DNA of 57,362 nt, counting the filler, from Sphacelaria rigidula (lineage: Eukaryota), in NCBI GenBank assembly GCA_964200075.2. It is 8 parts of 8 records of this genome, joined end to end, with 100 filler letters (N's around TTAATTAATTAA, not from the genome) between each part and the next. Parts side by side here need not be neighbours in the genome. Positions count along the whole stretch, not along the records: positions 1 to 7,083 come from CAXNAA020016575.1; positions 7,184 to 14,266 come from CAXNAA020016576.1; 6 more parts are not named here. The stretch is one strand, 5' to 3'. Below, piece by piece: positions 1 through 12,200 of the stretch (position 1 is its first letter; the number at the start of each line of letters is the position of its first letter). Both the position numbers and the translations under genes were made by a program. The notes below the pieces were generated by a model. The model was not told the DNA's origin, did not search any database, and saw nothing but the letters and a program-made list of their open reading frames with translations.

Positions 1-749
1 CCCCGGGGGTGGAGTGTTGAAAAAAAAAAAGAAAAGAAAGAAAAGGAGAGCGTTTTTGGTGGACAGCCCCCCCCCCCCCCCCCCCGGGCTAATAACTGCG
101 GCGTTCTGTCTCGAGGCGGCGAATAATAATGTCTGCGTCGTTGAGATACAGCAGTGAAACGTGTGAATCCGTTTTCAACTTGCCCCAACTCGCAGGTGAG
201 TGTAGGTACTCACGTACATGACTGCCGTATCATATTTTCTCGTCTTCCCCGCGCTCTTCCTGTTGATGTACACACCACACGATCTCACCTCTCGATCGCA
301 CTCGCTCTCACAAACTATGCCACAGCAAGGAGGGCTTGAGGTAAATCTATCACGTACTCGTACACCTCCACCAAAAACACCGCGCCGTTCACCTGTCTCG
401 CGAAAGTAACTATTATTGCTGTCGAAATGATCCCTGGATTCGTTGGCCTGAAACAACAATGCCGCCGATCACAGCTAGCACATGAAAACCTCCACCAGAC
501 AACTATCTCTACCCCCGGCGAGGAACAATAAAAACAAATCGGCCTCTATTCGCACGTTGAGGCCCAAAGGGTCAACCCTTCCGCAGCCGTAGGATCATCT
601 GGGCGTTACACTCATTTTATTTTGAAAAATTAAGGAAATACAGACTGTCCATGTCCGGATGATCTGCCCCATCGGACAAAAGGTGAGAACAAGAATTCTT
701 CCACGTCTTCACTTGCTGGTAGCTATTGACAACTACCACAGGCCACACG

Positions 750-883
750 AATTTGGATTTCGAATACCGAAACGTCGGGGTCCTACGTGAAAAACTAATT
801 TGGCGTCCGATCGGACACTTAAAATCCCCCGAAATTGGTTTTTCACCCAGGACCCCGACATTTCGGTTGTCGAAATCCAAATT
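750..883. repeat. Foldback (inverted) copy of dispersed repeat family A
   Basis: Left arm AATTTGGATTTCGAATACCGAAACGTCGGGGTCCTACGTGAAAAACTAATTT pairs imperfectly with right arm AAATTGGTTTTTCACCCAGGACCCCGACATTTCGGTTGTCGAAATCCAAATT. The same motif occurs unpaired at ~22070-22160 and ~23190-23300. Confidence 0.75.
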
Positions 884-995
884 TGGTCCGTGATACACGG
901 CTAGTAGAGGGATTAGAGGAAAACGTGTATGCTCGGTTCAGTGCAGCAGTGACTGATCACAACACCCTGCAGAGTTATCGATCTCGGGTCAGCAG

Positions 996-1081
996 AGGTA
1001 CCTCAAACTCGAGATTCCCGGTATACTTCACAATATTACTTTACACTGGAATATATCGGGAACGTCAAGTTTGAGATACCT
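996..1081. mobile_element. Small palindromic MITE-like element
   Basis: AGGTACCTCAAACTCGAGATTCCCGGTATACTTCA versus the reverse complement of the right arm, AGGTATCTCAAACTTGACGTTCCCGATATATTCCA. TA follows just after the right end. Confidence 0.55.
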
Positions 1082-3535
1082 GTACAGTGCACGTTGCCAC
1101 CCTCGGTTTTCCCGAAACCAACAACAGCAGTCGTCGAGGCATGGGGAGCTATTATGTCATTTTGAGGTTAGCTTACCATTTGGTAGGGCCCTTCTTATCG
1201 AAAAGGGCATTATCCCCTTTTTCAAAATCCCCTCTGGACAGGGGATTGGCCCCATAACGACCAGTCCTGAGTTCTATCGAGAAGCAGTTTTGTACAGATT
1301 GGACCCCACACCTGCACGCAGGTTCAGAAATGCGGCGGGTCTAAAGTGGTCGTTAGTCCAAGGTCTATGTTATGCTGCTGACATCACGCAACACGGTAAC
1401 ACAACACCTACACACCCAGCCCCGAAAAAAAACACAGACAGACACCCACCACGCACGCGCATTAGTTTCACTGCTAGCCCTTGCTAATTTACACACGTGA
1501 GTCTTTGTTTGGCGGAAATCTCTTCTGTATTGGACGAATGGCGGCCGCGTGCGTGTCAAAAACAACCGAAAACGTGTCGTTGCTGACCGTTTCGTAAGCG
1601 TGTGACCAATTTTCAAGGGCTGTATGTAGTATACGTAGCCGGTAACGGCTTCTAAAGCCGGTAACGGTAAATAATGGTTTGAAACCATTATCCAACATTT
1701 TTATACAACCATTACCGTTATTACGATTATAATGATAATAGCCGGTTATAACTGGTACCATTTCCAAGCTCTAGGATTATCCTCTTTGTTGATAACCCTT
1801 AGACGACGAGCGTCGCCTCGGAAAAGTTGTACAGGCTGACAGTCCCGAGACATCCCGGGGGTTCCAGGGCCCGGGGGGGGGGGTGGTTTTTGAGGGGGGT
1901 GTCTCTCCGCGGAGCATCGGAGAAGCTCACGGAGTCAACCATGTGTGTTTGGAAATGTGTCGCAGAAAATTATGAGCCATGCACGAGGCCTGAGTGGCGC
2001 GGGATGACCATTCTGACCGATCACGGTCGTCAAAATGAGCACTTTTGTTCCGGTACAGGTGGACAGCTGGTGGACACATTCGCCGTCTAACCTCAGATCT
2101 CCTTTTGATCATGCCAAATCAACTATAGATTATATAAGCAAAAAGCAGGTGTTTGAGCATCTTTGGTACACTGTTTCTGTCTGTTCAGTACTGCCTGAGC
2201 GTCCTACTAGCTCCACACCTCCATCTGGTATAAAACGTCATGGCGCAACACGCGAACGGCGGCCACGAGTATCCTACGCACGTAGATGTAGACATACTTC
2301 GACGGTGAGGCAACCGCCATCGCTGAGCAACTGCTCTACGGTAGTTAGGGGCGTTCGCGGCGGCGGTAGTCATGGTGCGATATCCAACCGCACGCTGCGT
2401 ACACTCGGCACGCTCAAAACTGTAAGGTCCAGTACGCTGCAGACCGCACGTGCAGCCGCGGCACGATACACTACAGACTGCACAGCAAAGATATGAGGCG
2501 TAATAATCAGGTGCTGGGTGGTCGATAACCACACCACCGTGTGTGTGATGACTTACGAGTATGTGCCTCTCATGTACTCCCGGTCCCTTCCGCCCTAGAG
2601 TAGGCGTTTTGAGTTGTGACAAGGAATGATTCTGAACCCAAAAAGTGTAGTGTCTACCTCAGTCTAACGGCGGGGGGGGTTGCCGTCTAAGGTTAAGAAG
2701 GGCCCTAAAACCCCTGACCCCAACGAAGGCATACGTGAAAGATCGGAGCGTAGCGGGATCTGCGGTTTGTGGAACGGGTACGAATGCGAATAATCTAGGC
2801 TAATGTGCGGGGAATGGTGGAACGGTCGATGTAACAAGTACGCCATAGAGATTGAGATTTTAGCTTGGGGTAACGTGAAAAGACGGGCTGGCAGTCTAGC
2901 TTGAATTCTTTCCTACCAGAGAACCCTCAAAGGGGCGTGAAAAGGGCATGCTAGCAGCACAGCACCCCCGTTGAAGATCCGGATTGTGCCCAAACTAAAA
3001 TCAAGTGAATGGAAAACTCTTCTGCTCGTTTTATCCGACGTTTTGTACGCTTGATACTGTCCACACCTCTGTGGCTGCTGTCGCTGCCGGCTCTTTCCAT
3101 GTCCCCTCTCTGATCTCCGCACCGCAGCACAGTACAGTGAGTTCTTCGGTAGTCGTTGAAGTCCAACGGTAATGCTACGTCATGTTTTGCGTGTGTGTCG
3201 GTTGGGAACATCGCAGTGTTTCGCCAAGAAGTACTTTTTTTTACTTGAAGACGCCTCCTTGTTGTCTCCTTGTGCAGCACACATCCAGCTTTGGTCGATG
3301 GAATGTTCTGAATAAATTCCTCGGGTCTGTTCCGCATTCCACCTGTTCTATCAGTATTTTAGTATAATAATGCTGATTAGCGCAGACTAGCGTTACATGT
3401 CGAACCGAGAAGTAGTAGTAGTAGCACTCATTGTAAAGAGGTGTATCGTGTTTGCATAGATTATCAGCAATAATTATTTGCGGACATGCTTGCTGGTGTT
3501 GCGGATTGCATCATGTGTTCGTCGTTGTAAGACCG

Positions 3536-3995
3536 CTCTGACGGGAGCCGTTCAAAATTCCAGTCGAAACCTGCCTTTTTGGCCCTTCTCCGTCATTTTA
3601 CTCCTGTAAAAAGGGCTAGGTGGATATTGACGCCTTGGAATGAATTGCTCAACTCATTGAGGCCATTCCAGGGCGACTTTGCATTACCCGCTGGCCGCCC
3701 TTTCATTTTTGACCAAACACGGATTTTCAGTAAAAAACGGTCAAGCGATAAAAAAACAGGGGGGAATTTTGATCACTTGACCGTTTTTTACTGAAAATTC
3801 GTGTCTGGCCTGATTTGGTCAGAAACAAAAGTGCGACCAGCGGAAAATGCAGAGTTGCCCTAGAATGATCTCAACGAGTACAACAAGTCATTCCAAGGCG
3901 TCAACATCCGCCTAGCCCTCTTTTCGAGCGTAAATCGACGGAGAAGGGCCCAAAAGCCACATTTCGACAGGAATTTTGTACGGCTCCCATTAGAG
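3536..3995. mobile_element. ~460-bp foldback/MITE element (family B, copy 1)
   Basis: Imperfect inverted arms of ~215 bp (CTCTGACGGGAGCCGTTCAAAATTCC...GGAATTTTGTACGGCTCCCATTAGAG) around a short loop near 3760. A homologous palindrome lies at 51492-52041. Confidence 0.85.
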
Positions 3996-4607
3996 TTGGC
4001 CTCGAAGCGAAAAAAACCATCGAATTGGTTGCGGCGGAAAAGAAAACATCTGATGTGATGCGTCCACATCATTTATGTTGTCATATGACTTCACTTTTAT
4101 TTATGATTCTTCGCACGTGAGCGGAAGGCAAAAAAATGTTTTTTTCCCCTCAGTGAATCATCGGGGGTAGCTCGTATGTACGTTTTTGACTGCGGATGTG
4201 CTACAGCCCGCGGATGAGCTAGCTCACGAGCTGTCCACGTGTGCAAGCACTCGTGTCTTATACCCGACACAGTGTCGGGTGAGAGTTTTTGTTCCTGCAA
4301 CTGCTCCCCACCTAACATATATATATATATATCTTTGTTCACTGTTAGGTTGAGTGTGTAAGTATTCGCCAGTTCTAATTTTTCACAGTATACTCCACGT
4401 GTTGTGTTTTGTCTTCTGTTACGATTTTATTTGCGTGTACACTGCTGCCACCGATCCAGTTGCTTTCGCTCTCCTTCCCCCCTTCCCTACCACCCCACCC
4501 CTCCTTCCCCCCCATTTCGCCGCCGTCGTTGATTTGGTTGCTCATTGGCATGTAATCAATGGGCGCTGTTACAACACTGCGGCGACCAATCTAATATGCG
4601 CGCGACT

Positions 4608-4695
4608 TGCTGCTGCTGGTGCTGCTGGTGCTCCTCCTCTTCCTCCTCCTCCTCCTCCTACTCCTCCCTACACTACTACTACTACTACTTCTACT
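4608..4695. repeat. Compound trinucleotide microsatellite (GCT/CCT/ACT)n
   Basis: Visible runs of gctgct, cctcct and actact. Confidence 0.9.
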
Positions 4696-5204
4696 CATTT
4701 CACTGGGTGTCTATTTGTTTCAGCGTTAAACAATACTTGGACTACAACGGAGTGAAGACGCCCTTTGGAGATGGTCATCTATTGAAGGAACTCAACTACG
4801 TGTCGCCGCAACCTCCCGAGGTTGGTGTCATTTAGAAACGATGTATCCGACCGATAGTGGCACCACTTTCAAGCACATGCCCGCAGTATGACTGTCCCAA
4901 GAGTTCAGTGTGTATGGAGTATGACAATACTAAGAAATATGTGTGCATTTCTACAACATCGCAGAGTACAACATGTATGTGGAATATGACTAATGGAGAG
5001 TGTAATACGTGTTAAAGATGACAACACCAAAAGTATAACGGGAAGTATAATGTCTGTTGAAATTTTGCACGGCATCAAATAATCAATGACAGTCTCAATG
5101 TACGTACTATCTATGATGGACCAATCTCCGAAAAGTGCGTAGCGCCGCTATTTTTGGTTCGTGTTCTCGGGGGTCCGAATAATGTTTGTGCCCTTGTTGT
5201 GCAC

Positions 5205-5338
5205 CGGAAACAGTCGCGTCTTCAGCGCAGCGTCGGGGTAAGGGCGAAGTGCGGTTCGTAGCCCGTACAAAAGTCTATTGAAGACATCCGAAGACGAGAT
5301 GAGCCGATGCGAGTCAAAATATTTCTTCGCTTGTACGA
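5205..5338 (-). CDS. Possible internal exon of an unknown gene
   Basis: Open frame AKKYFDSHRLISSSDVFNRLLYGLRTALRPYPDAALKTRLFP bounded by candidate AG and GTGCAC. No recognisable homology. Confidence 0.25.
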
Positions 5339-5756
5339 CTACCCGAACACACACACCACACACAGATGTCAACTCAATGAAGCCCGCCGTCACAGGTGTG
5401 CCGGTGTAAGAGCAGGGTTTACCCCAGCAGGGCTACGACTTCATGGTTGACACATTCGTCAACTATCGCTAACCCTAATCCTAACCCTAAATTATCAACC
5501 ATGGGTAGATTGTGGCCTAACTGGGGTAAGCTCGTATGTAAGTTCAGCTCCGCTCGGTCTCACCGATGTCCTGGGGGCCTCGACCGTCGGACGCCGCGCA
5601 TTCCTCTGAAGAATTTCACGTTCGCTTCATTTTTCGGGGACATTTTCACAAATGAGTGCCCGAGTTTTATGCACACGTGTTCCTGAACGAAGCCCCAGGT
5701 CATCGGTGCTCAGGTTTTCTGTTCCTCCTCCCTGTTTCACCGCATTCACGGGGGTT

Positions 5757-6197
5757 CCCGGCTGTTGTATGCTTTGGTATTCTTGGATATGATCAAAGAC
5801 TGAGGATTCGAATCTCGGCAGTTTTTTCCTGAGGGGAATCTAATTTCCATCGTTAACCCTTTGAGAAGTAAAGTGATTTTTTTGTACTGTCAATCCTTGT
5901 AAATCGGCATCATTTTGACTTGAAACGGCATCATTTTGACTGGAAAATGACTGAAAATGATGCCGATTCTCGAACACAAAAGTCAGCACTCCCCGGGGGT
6001 CTAGTTCCCAAAGGGTTAAAACTGTGATTTTGAGGGCGTGAGTGGCAAAGGAGAGCATAATCTGACAAAAGTCGATCCATGTCGCGATGCCGACAGGCAA
6101 GGTTTGTACTGGGGGAGAAGTGGTTTTGATCCCTTGTGACCACGGACTCGTCCCGAGGAAGACAGGGGGGGTTGGATGTGATGGAGAAGAACAAAAA
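5757..6197 (+). mobile_element. Degenerate tRNA-derived SINE interrupted by a MITE
   Basis: B-box-like GGATTCGAATC near 5805. The 3' tail GTACTGGGGGAGAAG...GACCACGGACTCGTCCCGAGGAAG plus an A-rich end matches the SINE copies at 48622, 56192 and 56745 on the opposite strand. Confidence 0.6.
5857..6015. mobile_element. 159-bp piggyBac-type MITE
   Basis: TTAA on both flanks (5853-5856, 6016-6019). TIRs CCCTTTGAGAAGTA / TAGTTCCCAAAGGG match at 12 of 14 positions. Internal inverted motif AATCGGCATCATTTT...AAAATGATGCCGATT. Confidence 0.8.
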
Positions 6198-6904
6198 AAA
6201 CTCAAGTCGGCTCAGCTCATGTAATAGGTGATCTGTTTGTCTCTTCTGAGTGCGTCTTCAGAACGATTGCGCGTGATAGCGCGTCCAATTTGATGAATGA
6301 CGCTGAGTGTCCAAATGCACCGCGAGTTTGTACCAAAAAATCATTATTCGCCCATGTCAGAGAGTCATGAGAACCCATATTTTCCTCATGGTACTGATGA
6401 AGAACTTAAAACCTTGATTTTGATCCTGGAGTATGACGTATCATGGGGACAACCCCGCAAGATTTGGGCCCAAAGCGAAGTGTCAAAGTTGGTTATCGTA
6501 AACATTAACCGTCGAAATTACCCGAGGCAATTGTTTGTTTGGCCCACGGCGAGGCTACTCGTACGGCAATTCTGCAAAACATATCAAAACAAAACACTTC
6601 CGAGTGATGAAATGATTTCTTCGTAAACATGGCTTCTTGTGACCGATACCATCGACATCTAGTGAATCGTCTCACGAAAACGTACTGCACTTGTAGGACG
6701 GAGGGAGTGCGTGAACCCACCTTCGTGCATGTTGCACTACAGTGTGTTTATCCCTCGATTAAAAAAACATGAAAACGCTCGATAGGTTGATAAGAGAGTG
6801 TGTCCTGACAATCGTCCGCTATTGAGAAAGTTTTGTTTTCTAAAATGGGGCTCAGATTGTTTGATGAGGTTATCCCCCGCCCCCCCAAATAGCAATAATA
6901 GGTG

Positions 6905-7020
6905 ATGAGAGCCGGAATGTTGGAGGTGTCTCTATTACGAGTACGAACGGTGCTCCGTCTCGAAAGAGATGCGTGGTCAATGGTCACACGACTAAGGCAA
7001 GCAACAAATGGGTACCCCAC
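6905..7020 (+). repeat. Dispersed repeat family A, 5' module
   Basis: GATGTTGGAGGTGTCT-like start, then GAACGGTGCTCCGTCTCGAAAGAGATGCGTGGTCAATGGTCACACGACT. Also at ~22720-22830 and ~57192-57270. Confidence 0.8.
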
Positions 7021-7083
7021 CACCCCCCCCCCCCCACCTTCACCTCATCCTCCCCCCCCCCCCACCCCCCCGCCCCCCTCCAC

Positions 7084-7183
7084 NNNNNNNNNNNNNNNNN
7101 NNNNNNNNNNNNNNNNNNNNNNNNNNNTTAATTAATTAANNNNNNNNNNNNNNNNNNNNNNNNNNNNNNNNNNNNNNNNNNNN
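7084..7183. other. Artificial 100-nt contig linker (N44-TTAATTAATTAA-N44)
   Basis: The identical linker recurs at 14267-14366, 21450-21549, 28633-28732, 35816-35915, 42999-43098 and 50181-50280. Confidence 0.98.
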
Positions 7184-7250
7184 AGAAATGGACACAATCC
7201 CGGGGAGCGGTTGATTCTCATTTCAAAATACGTTCTCATTTTTCTGGCAA

Positions 7251-7678
7251 CCCTGTTACATGCCGAAAACGCTCGGTATATTCCTCCGCGAGCGTGTTCA
7301 ATATATATTGGCTGCACAAAAGCCATGCGATGAGCGTGCGCAATATCTATTGGAAAAGCAATAATTTCGCATGGTTTGCGTTCAATATATATCATAGTGA
7401 CAGTATGTTGCGCATTGTTTCGACTCAATATATATTGACACTTCGATACGTACACGGCCGGCATGCACGATACATGATGGATCTTTTGTTCCCTTAGCAA
7501 ATGCATGTCCAATGTATATTGCCATGCAATACTTCACGATCATGACACGAGAAATATATTTTGTTGCTTCAATGTCTGCGAGGACATCTCAACACAATAT
7601 ATATTGAAAGGACAATATTTGCGCTGTCTCCAATATAAAGTATTGGTATCATATTGGAATATATTGTGTTGTTCAGGG
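7251..7678. mobile_element. Possible EnSpm/CACTA-like non-autonomous element with CAATATATATTG subterminal motifs
   Basis: Ends CCCTG...CAGGG with many AATATATTG/CAATAT motifs in both orientations. Similar arrays ending in CAGGG lie at ~11190-11550 and ~13400-13512. The TIR is only 5 bp and no clean TSD is visible. Confidence 0.35.
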
Positions 7679-7983
7679 TATAAGCAACACAGCCCGGGTG
7701 ACCACAGGGGTACCAAAACGCGCATATCGACCCGGGTTTTTTGTCATCGTGATGCTAATCGGAGATATATTACATGCTGTGAAGGGGATGGGTGGCCCCG
7801 TACCGGTGGCCAGATAGATAGGTATCCGAAGGCATAGAGTCTATATACCGGGTCGCCGTTTCTGCCGCCATATTTTTTCACCAGTATATATATATATATA
7901 TATACAAGGTCTCCCTTCGGGACGTTGGTACGGGCCTCCCGGGAGTGACGCAAGTTGATAATATTTTGTCAAGAGAGGCTGTT

Positions 7984-8427
7984 GTATCTCAATGTACAGT
8001 AGTGATTGTGGCTGTACAAAACATTGCATGTTTTTTGGATGGTGGTCCCAGATAAGGTTCACCAACGTTAGAAAGGCGGATGTGAAGGTTGTACAATTGT
8101 TGGGTGGCAATAATTTCGACATGTGTGGCACATGCGTATGGAGGTGACATGAGCTGGAGGTAACGTTGAACGCTGTTGTACGTTTGGTCGGGACAACCGG
8201 CAGTCCGTATCTGTTCGAAATAACTTCCTGCCGAGATTGAAGTGTGCAGTGTAAAGTACGACGATCAATCAATCAACCAAGTGTCATTCCCCCAGAATAT
8301 GGAATTGGATCATCGTGGAGGTGTTCAGGAATGTGTTGGATAAGTACTTTTTTCACCATGTGTGCGCATTTGGGTCGTTGAAAACTCGTCGGGCAATACG
8401 TCGGAACAAGCAAGCTCCGTCTCCAAC
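7984..8427 (-). pseudogene. Frameshifted OTU-family cysteine protease (deubiquitinase-like) domain, intronless
   Basis: Across frames, in the correct order: VGDGACLFRRIARRVFNDPNAH / MVKKVLIQHIPEHL / YNSVQRYLQLMSPPYACATHVEIIATQQLYNLHIRL / CNVLYSHNHYCTLRY. These fit the OTU Cys-loop (GDGxCLF), the helical ExxA segment and the His-loop (NHY). Confidence 0.8.
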
Positions 8428-8757
8428 TTAATTGGCTGACTAATTCCCAACGTCCTGGCGGATGTTGTTGGTCATCGTACTCATCGTTGTCGTCATTGTG
8501 GCCGGCACGGCCGCTTTCACCGCCAATGCAGTTGGAGCCTGTGCCACCGCTATTTTCATCACCACTACCATTCTTGTCGCCTGAAGCATACTGGTTCTTC
8601 CCATGACCGCGACGAGGCAATATGCAATACCGAAGACTGGAGGAGCTTCCCCTATGGGCTGGCGTAGGACGTGTGCGGTATTCGCGAGGTGCCAGAGTGC
8701 GAAGTACCTTTCGTGCCACAAAGACATGACAGCGGGAGGCACTTTCCGAAAAATTCG

Positions 8758-9262
8758 AATTCTTGGAACATTCTTGGCACGTTCTTTGTCACTTGGGAAG
8801 CTCGCCGGTATGTTCTTTCAGTGCTTCGCTTTTTCGCTGCACATTCGAACTGAGCTGCCGCCCGTCTTTCCCCGTTGCCCCAGGCTTAAAATCTCAACCT
8901 CCGTGATTGACCTTTTTGTTTGAATCGACCGGTCTATAATTTCCTTCACACTAGCCCCGTTTTTTACATTCGTACCCGTCCCACAAATCGCAGATCCCGC
9001 TACACTCCGATCTTTCACTTTGCATTTCTCTGGACAAAAGAGAGGCTTTGGCTGGCTGTTAGAATGCGTGGAACATTCCTGGCATGTTCTTTCTCACCTG
9101 GGAAGCTTGCGGATATGTTTTTTCAGTGCTTCGCGTTTTCTGTGCACAAAATAGTTGCGTTTTTCAATAGAAGCCGGCCGAGCCTTTTACCGAGCCTCTT
9201 TCACTGGGCCTTTTTTTTTCACGGGCATGTTCTTGCAGTGCTGTCGTTTTTGCTGCATGTGA
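8758..9262. repeat. Three diverged direct repeats (~90 bp unit) upstream of the OTU remnant
   Basis: GGAACATTCTTGGCACGTTCT...GGGAAGCTCGCCGGTATGTTCTTTCAGTGCTTCGC at ~8765, a second copy at ~9070 and a partial copy at ~9222. Confidence 0.7.
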
Positions 9263-12200
9263 AAGTTTGCTTTCGCCTGGACATGAGAGTGGTATTTCTT
9301 GTCTGAAACGATTGCACATCAGTGTGACTTCCCTGTCACCGGGCCTTTTTTCAAGGCAGTGTGATCGTTTTTTGCGGCAAAACATTCCGGTGCTGCTGTG
9401 CTGCTGTCCCTTGTTCAACTCGCCAACGGTCAGTTGCACAGTTTTGTGTTTGCTGCAGACTAAGGCCAAGGCAATGTTCAATCGGCTTCAACTGCTTTGC
9501 TCTCATGTTCTCGTGACATTGGCGGCATAAGCGGTGTGTTCGTGCTACCAAATGAACGAGAACGCGACAAAGAGAAACACGGGGAAAATACACCCCGCCA
9601 AAAGTAATCATGTTTCAAGTTTTCCATGATCTTCAAAAGATTTTCAATTTTGTGCTTCGGGTTTCCGTTTCAAGTTTCCCATGATCTTCAAAAGACTTTT
9701 GTGGTTGGGGATCGCCACCCCGCGAAAAAGGCCAGTTTGAGCGACTTCCGGTGGCCAGAACACGCGCCACAGGTATCAGATGACATCCAAACCTGAACGG
9801 TAATGTACCGCTGAGCCTTACTAGTGCACTGCAAAAGAAAGCGCGGGAAAGATTACCTTGCCGCCGAAGGAAACTTGGCAAATGTGGTGAAAAATGTGAA
9901 ATGATACATGTACATATATATATATATATGTATATATTTATATATATCAAACGCATTCGACAACTCTTCGTAGAAATGCACGCGAACTTCTGCAGCTCCC
10001 TTCGAAGCTAATCCCAATCTGTACGGGCTCCGGCATCCACCGTGTCTGCATCTTTCTCAAAGTGCACACCGTACTTATAATAAAGAGTTTCGGATCACGT
10101 TTTTTTCAAATCTTGGAGTCAGAGTGGAAGGAAAAATTGCCGGTAACGGTGCAATTTGCGCTACGAAGTGTTTTTCAGAGCGTTTTTTTCAGAGTGAGAG
10201 TCCCGTTTGTACCACTTCACCCTGAAAACCGTTGTCCCTTCTCAGAGTTCATAGCGGAAGGAAAAAGAAGCACGCCCACCTTCGCCACCATGGTCACGTC
10301 CAGTCCAAAGTCAATACGCCATAACAAGCAAAGTGGGACATTCATCATCCATCAAAGCTGCCATACTCATCACAATGGACCATTCACGAAGTAGAAGAGC
10401 TTGGCATCGCAATCAGAAGACCTCCCTGATGCTGCCATGGTATCAGCAATCCGCTTCGTTGTGTTTTGTGGTGTGAAAATTCAAATGCTCGACAGGTGCA
10501 CTTTGCGTTGGGTGCAGTTCCTCATACTTGCCCCTTCAGCTGGAAGAAGACGGTGGGAACGACTCGTACTCTACAGCGCACAAGCAGTACTACACCTGGC
10601 CGTATTCCCATATCGTGGGAGATCATAACGTCTTGCACCACCGTTATGGGTGGCATGTGGAAAAATCTTTGCAATGCGGCCGAGGTCTGCTGTTTGAAAG
10701 TGTTGCGTACCGTACTGTCTGTACTACTTTTTTTACAACTGACTCTCTTTACCGTACCGCTGTACAGTATAATAGTTCACTGCATCGCAATGCACTGTTG
10801 AAGGGTTCTGCATTGCACTCTCTGTACTGAACTGCACTCCACGCTGCACAGAACTATAGCACTACAGCACCACAGTGTCCTGTAGTGTGCCGTAGTGGAT
10901 TGAAGTACTGCAGGTGCAGTGAAAAAGCGTAGTGTATGGTGCGTACGGTGCCACAGTGTACGGTACAGTCAGTGTTGTGCCGGCCGATGCACTTTCGAAG
11001 TGGACGCTGGTTGATCGTACATTTGGCGGAGCAACCTGCGCCAATCACTGCGACAAAAACAAATTACGTCAAGCCACGTCACATTAGCTCTCGCTATGAA
11101 CTTTTTAACGTCCACTGTGAAGTTTCGAAGCTTCCACTCTGCGCTGACTCTATGATAAAAAATCATATCTTCCGAAACTCTCTGATATCCGATATATATT
11201 GACCGGCCAACAGACACCCACGCAGACCCAATCTATTGACCGGTCAAAAATATTTCACAAATGCGATCCTAATATATATATATATATATATTGGTCATGC
11301 AATATGCCGTCGCTCACACTGCCCCAATATATATGTTGATGGGACAATATGTGTTCAACCCCACGGTACCGATATATATTAGGCGGGCAATATGTAGGCA
11401 GTCCCACGACAGCAATATATATACTGGGCGCACAGTACGTGTGCAGTCCGAGGGTACCAATGTATATTACGCCGGCAACTATCGCAAAATTACAATATGA
11501 TCGACTAATATATATATATATATATTTATAGATTGCCCTGTGTCCAGGGTGCTGCCAATTTCAATTGATTTCGATGTTTGGGACGTTGCCGTCTCGGATT
11601 GCGGCGGTGAAACCGGAGTGGTTTCGGCTGGGCCCTCTATTCTCAAGTGAAGGTCTGCCCGTAACTTATTTTGTATTAGGACGTGATATTTATCTCCTTG
11701 CGGTAGATAGTGGAGGGACCGGTGGACTCGTTTCAGTACAAAAACGCCCAGGTATCATCATATAAATGCTTTGTTTTGTGTCTTGTTCGAATCACGTGTT
11801 GCATGAAAAACTCCCTGTACTGCAGTGTGGTTGCGTCCTTGCATCCCTTGCCAAAAACTACTGTTCCCGCGCCTCGTACACAGTACAGTTCATGATAACC
11901 AGAGCATGTCGGTGGCGTTTATTTAATGTATATCCGTTTTTTTACTGGTACGGTGTACTAGTCCGTACGGCACGGAGCATGCGGCAGTACTAGATCGAAA
12001 AACTGATACACAACACCTCCAAGGGCAACAACGATGGACTCGCTGGCATTTCCTCTGCGTGGTTTCGAATGAAGCGTCATGAAACATGAGGAGCAATACC
12101 GTGATGGGCTGCCAGAGGAGAGTACAACGCTATTGTGCACAAGCGCGCTGGCACGGTGTCGTCAATACGGAAACGCTAGCGCGTGTGCTGCTAAAAAATA

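Noticed and set aside
5469..5489. Telomere-like (CCCTAA)n
   Set aside because: Only about three imperfect units, internal to the contig.
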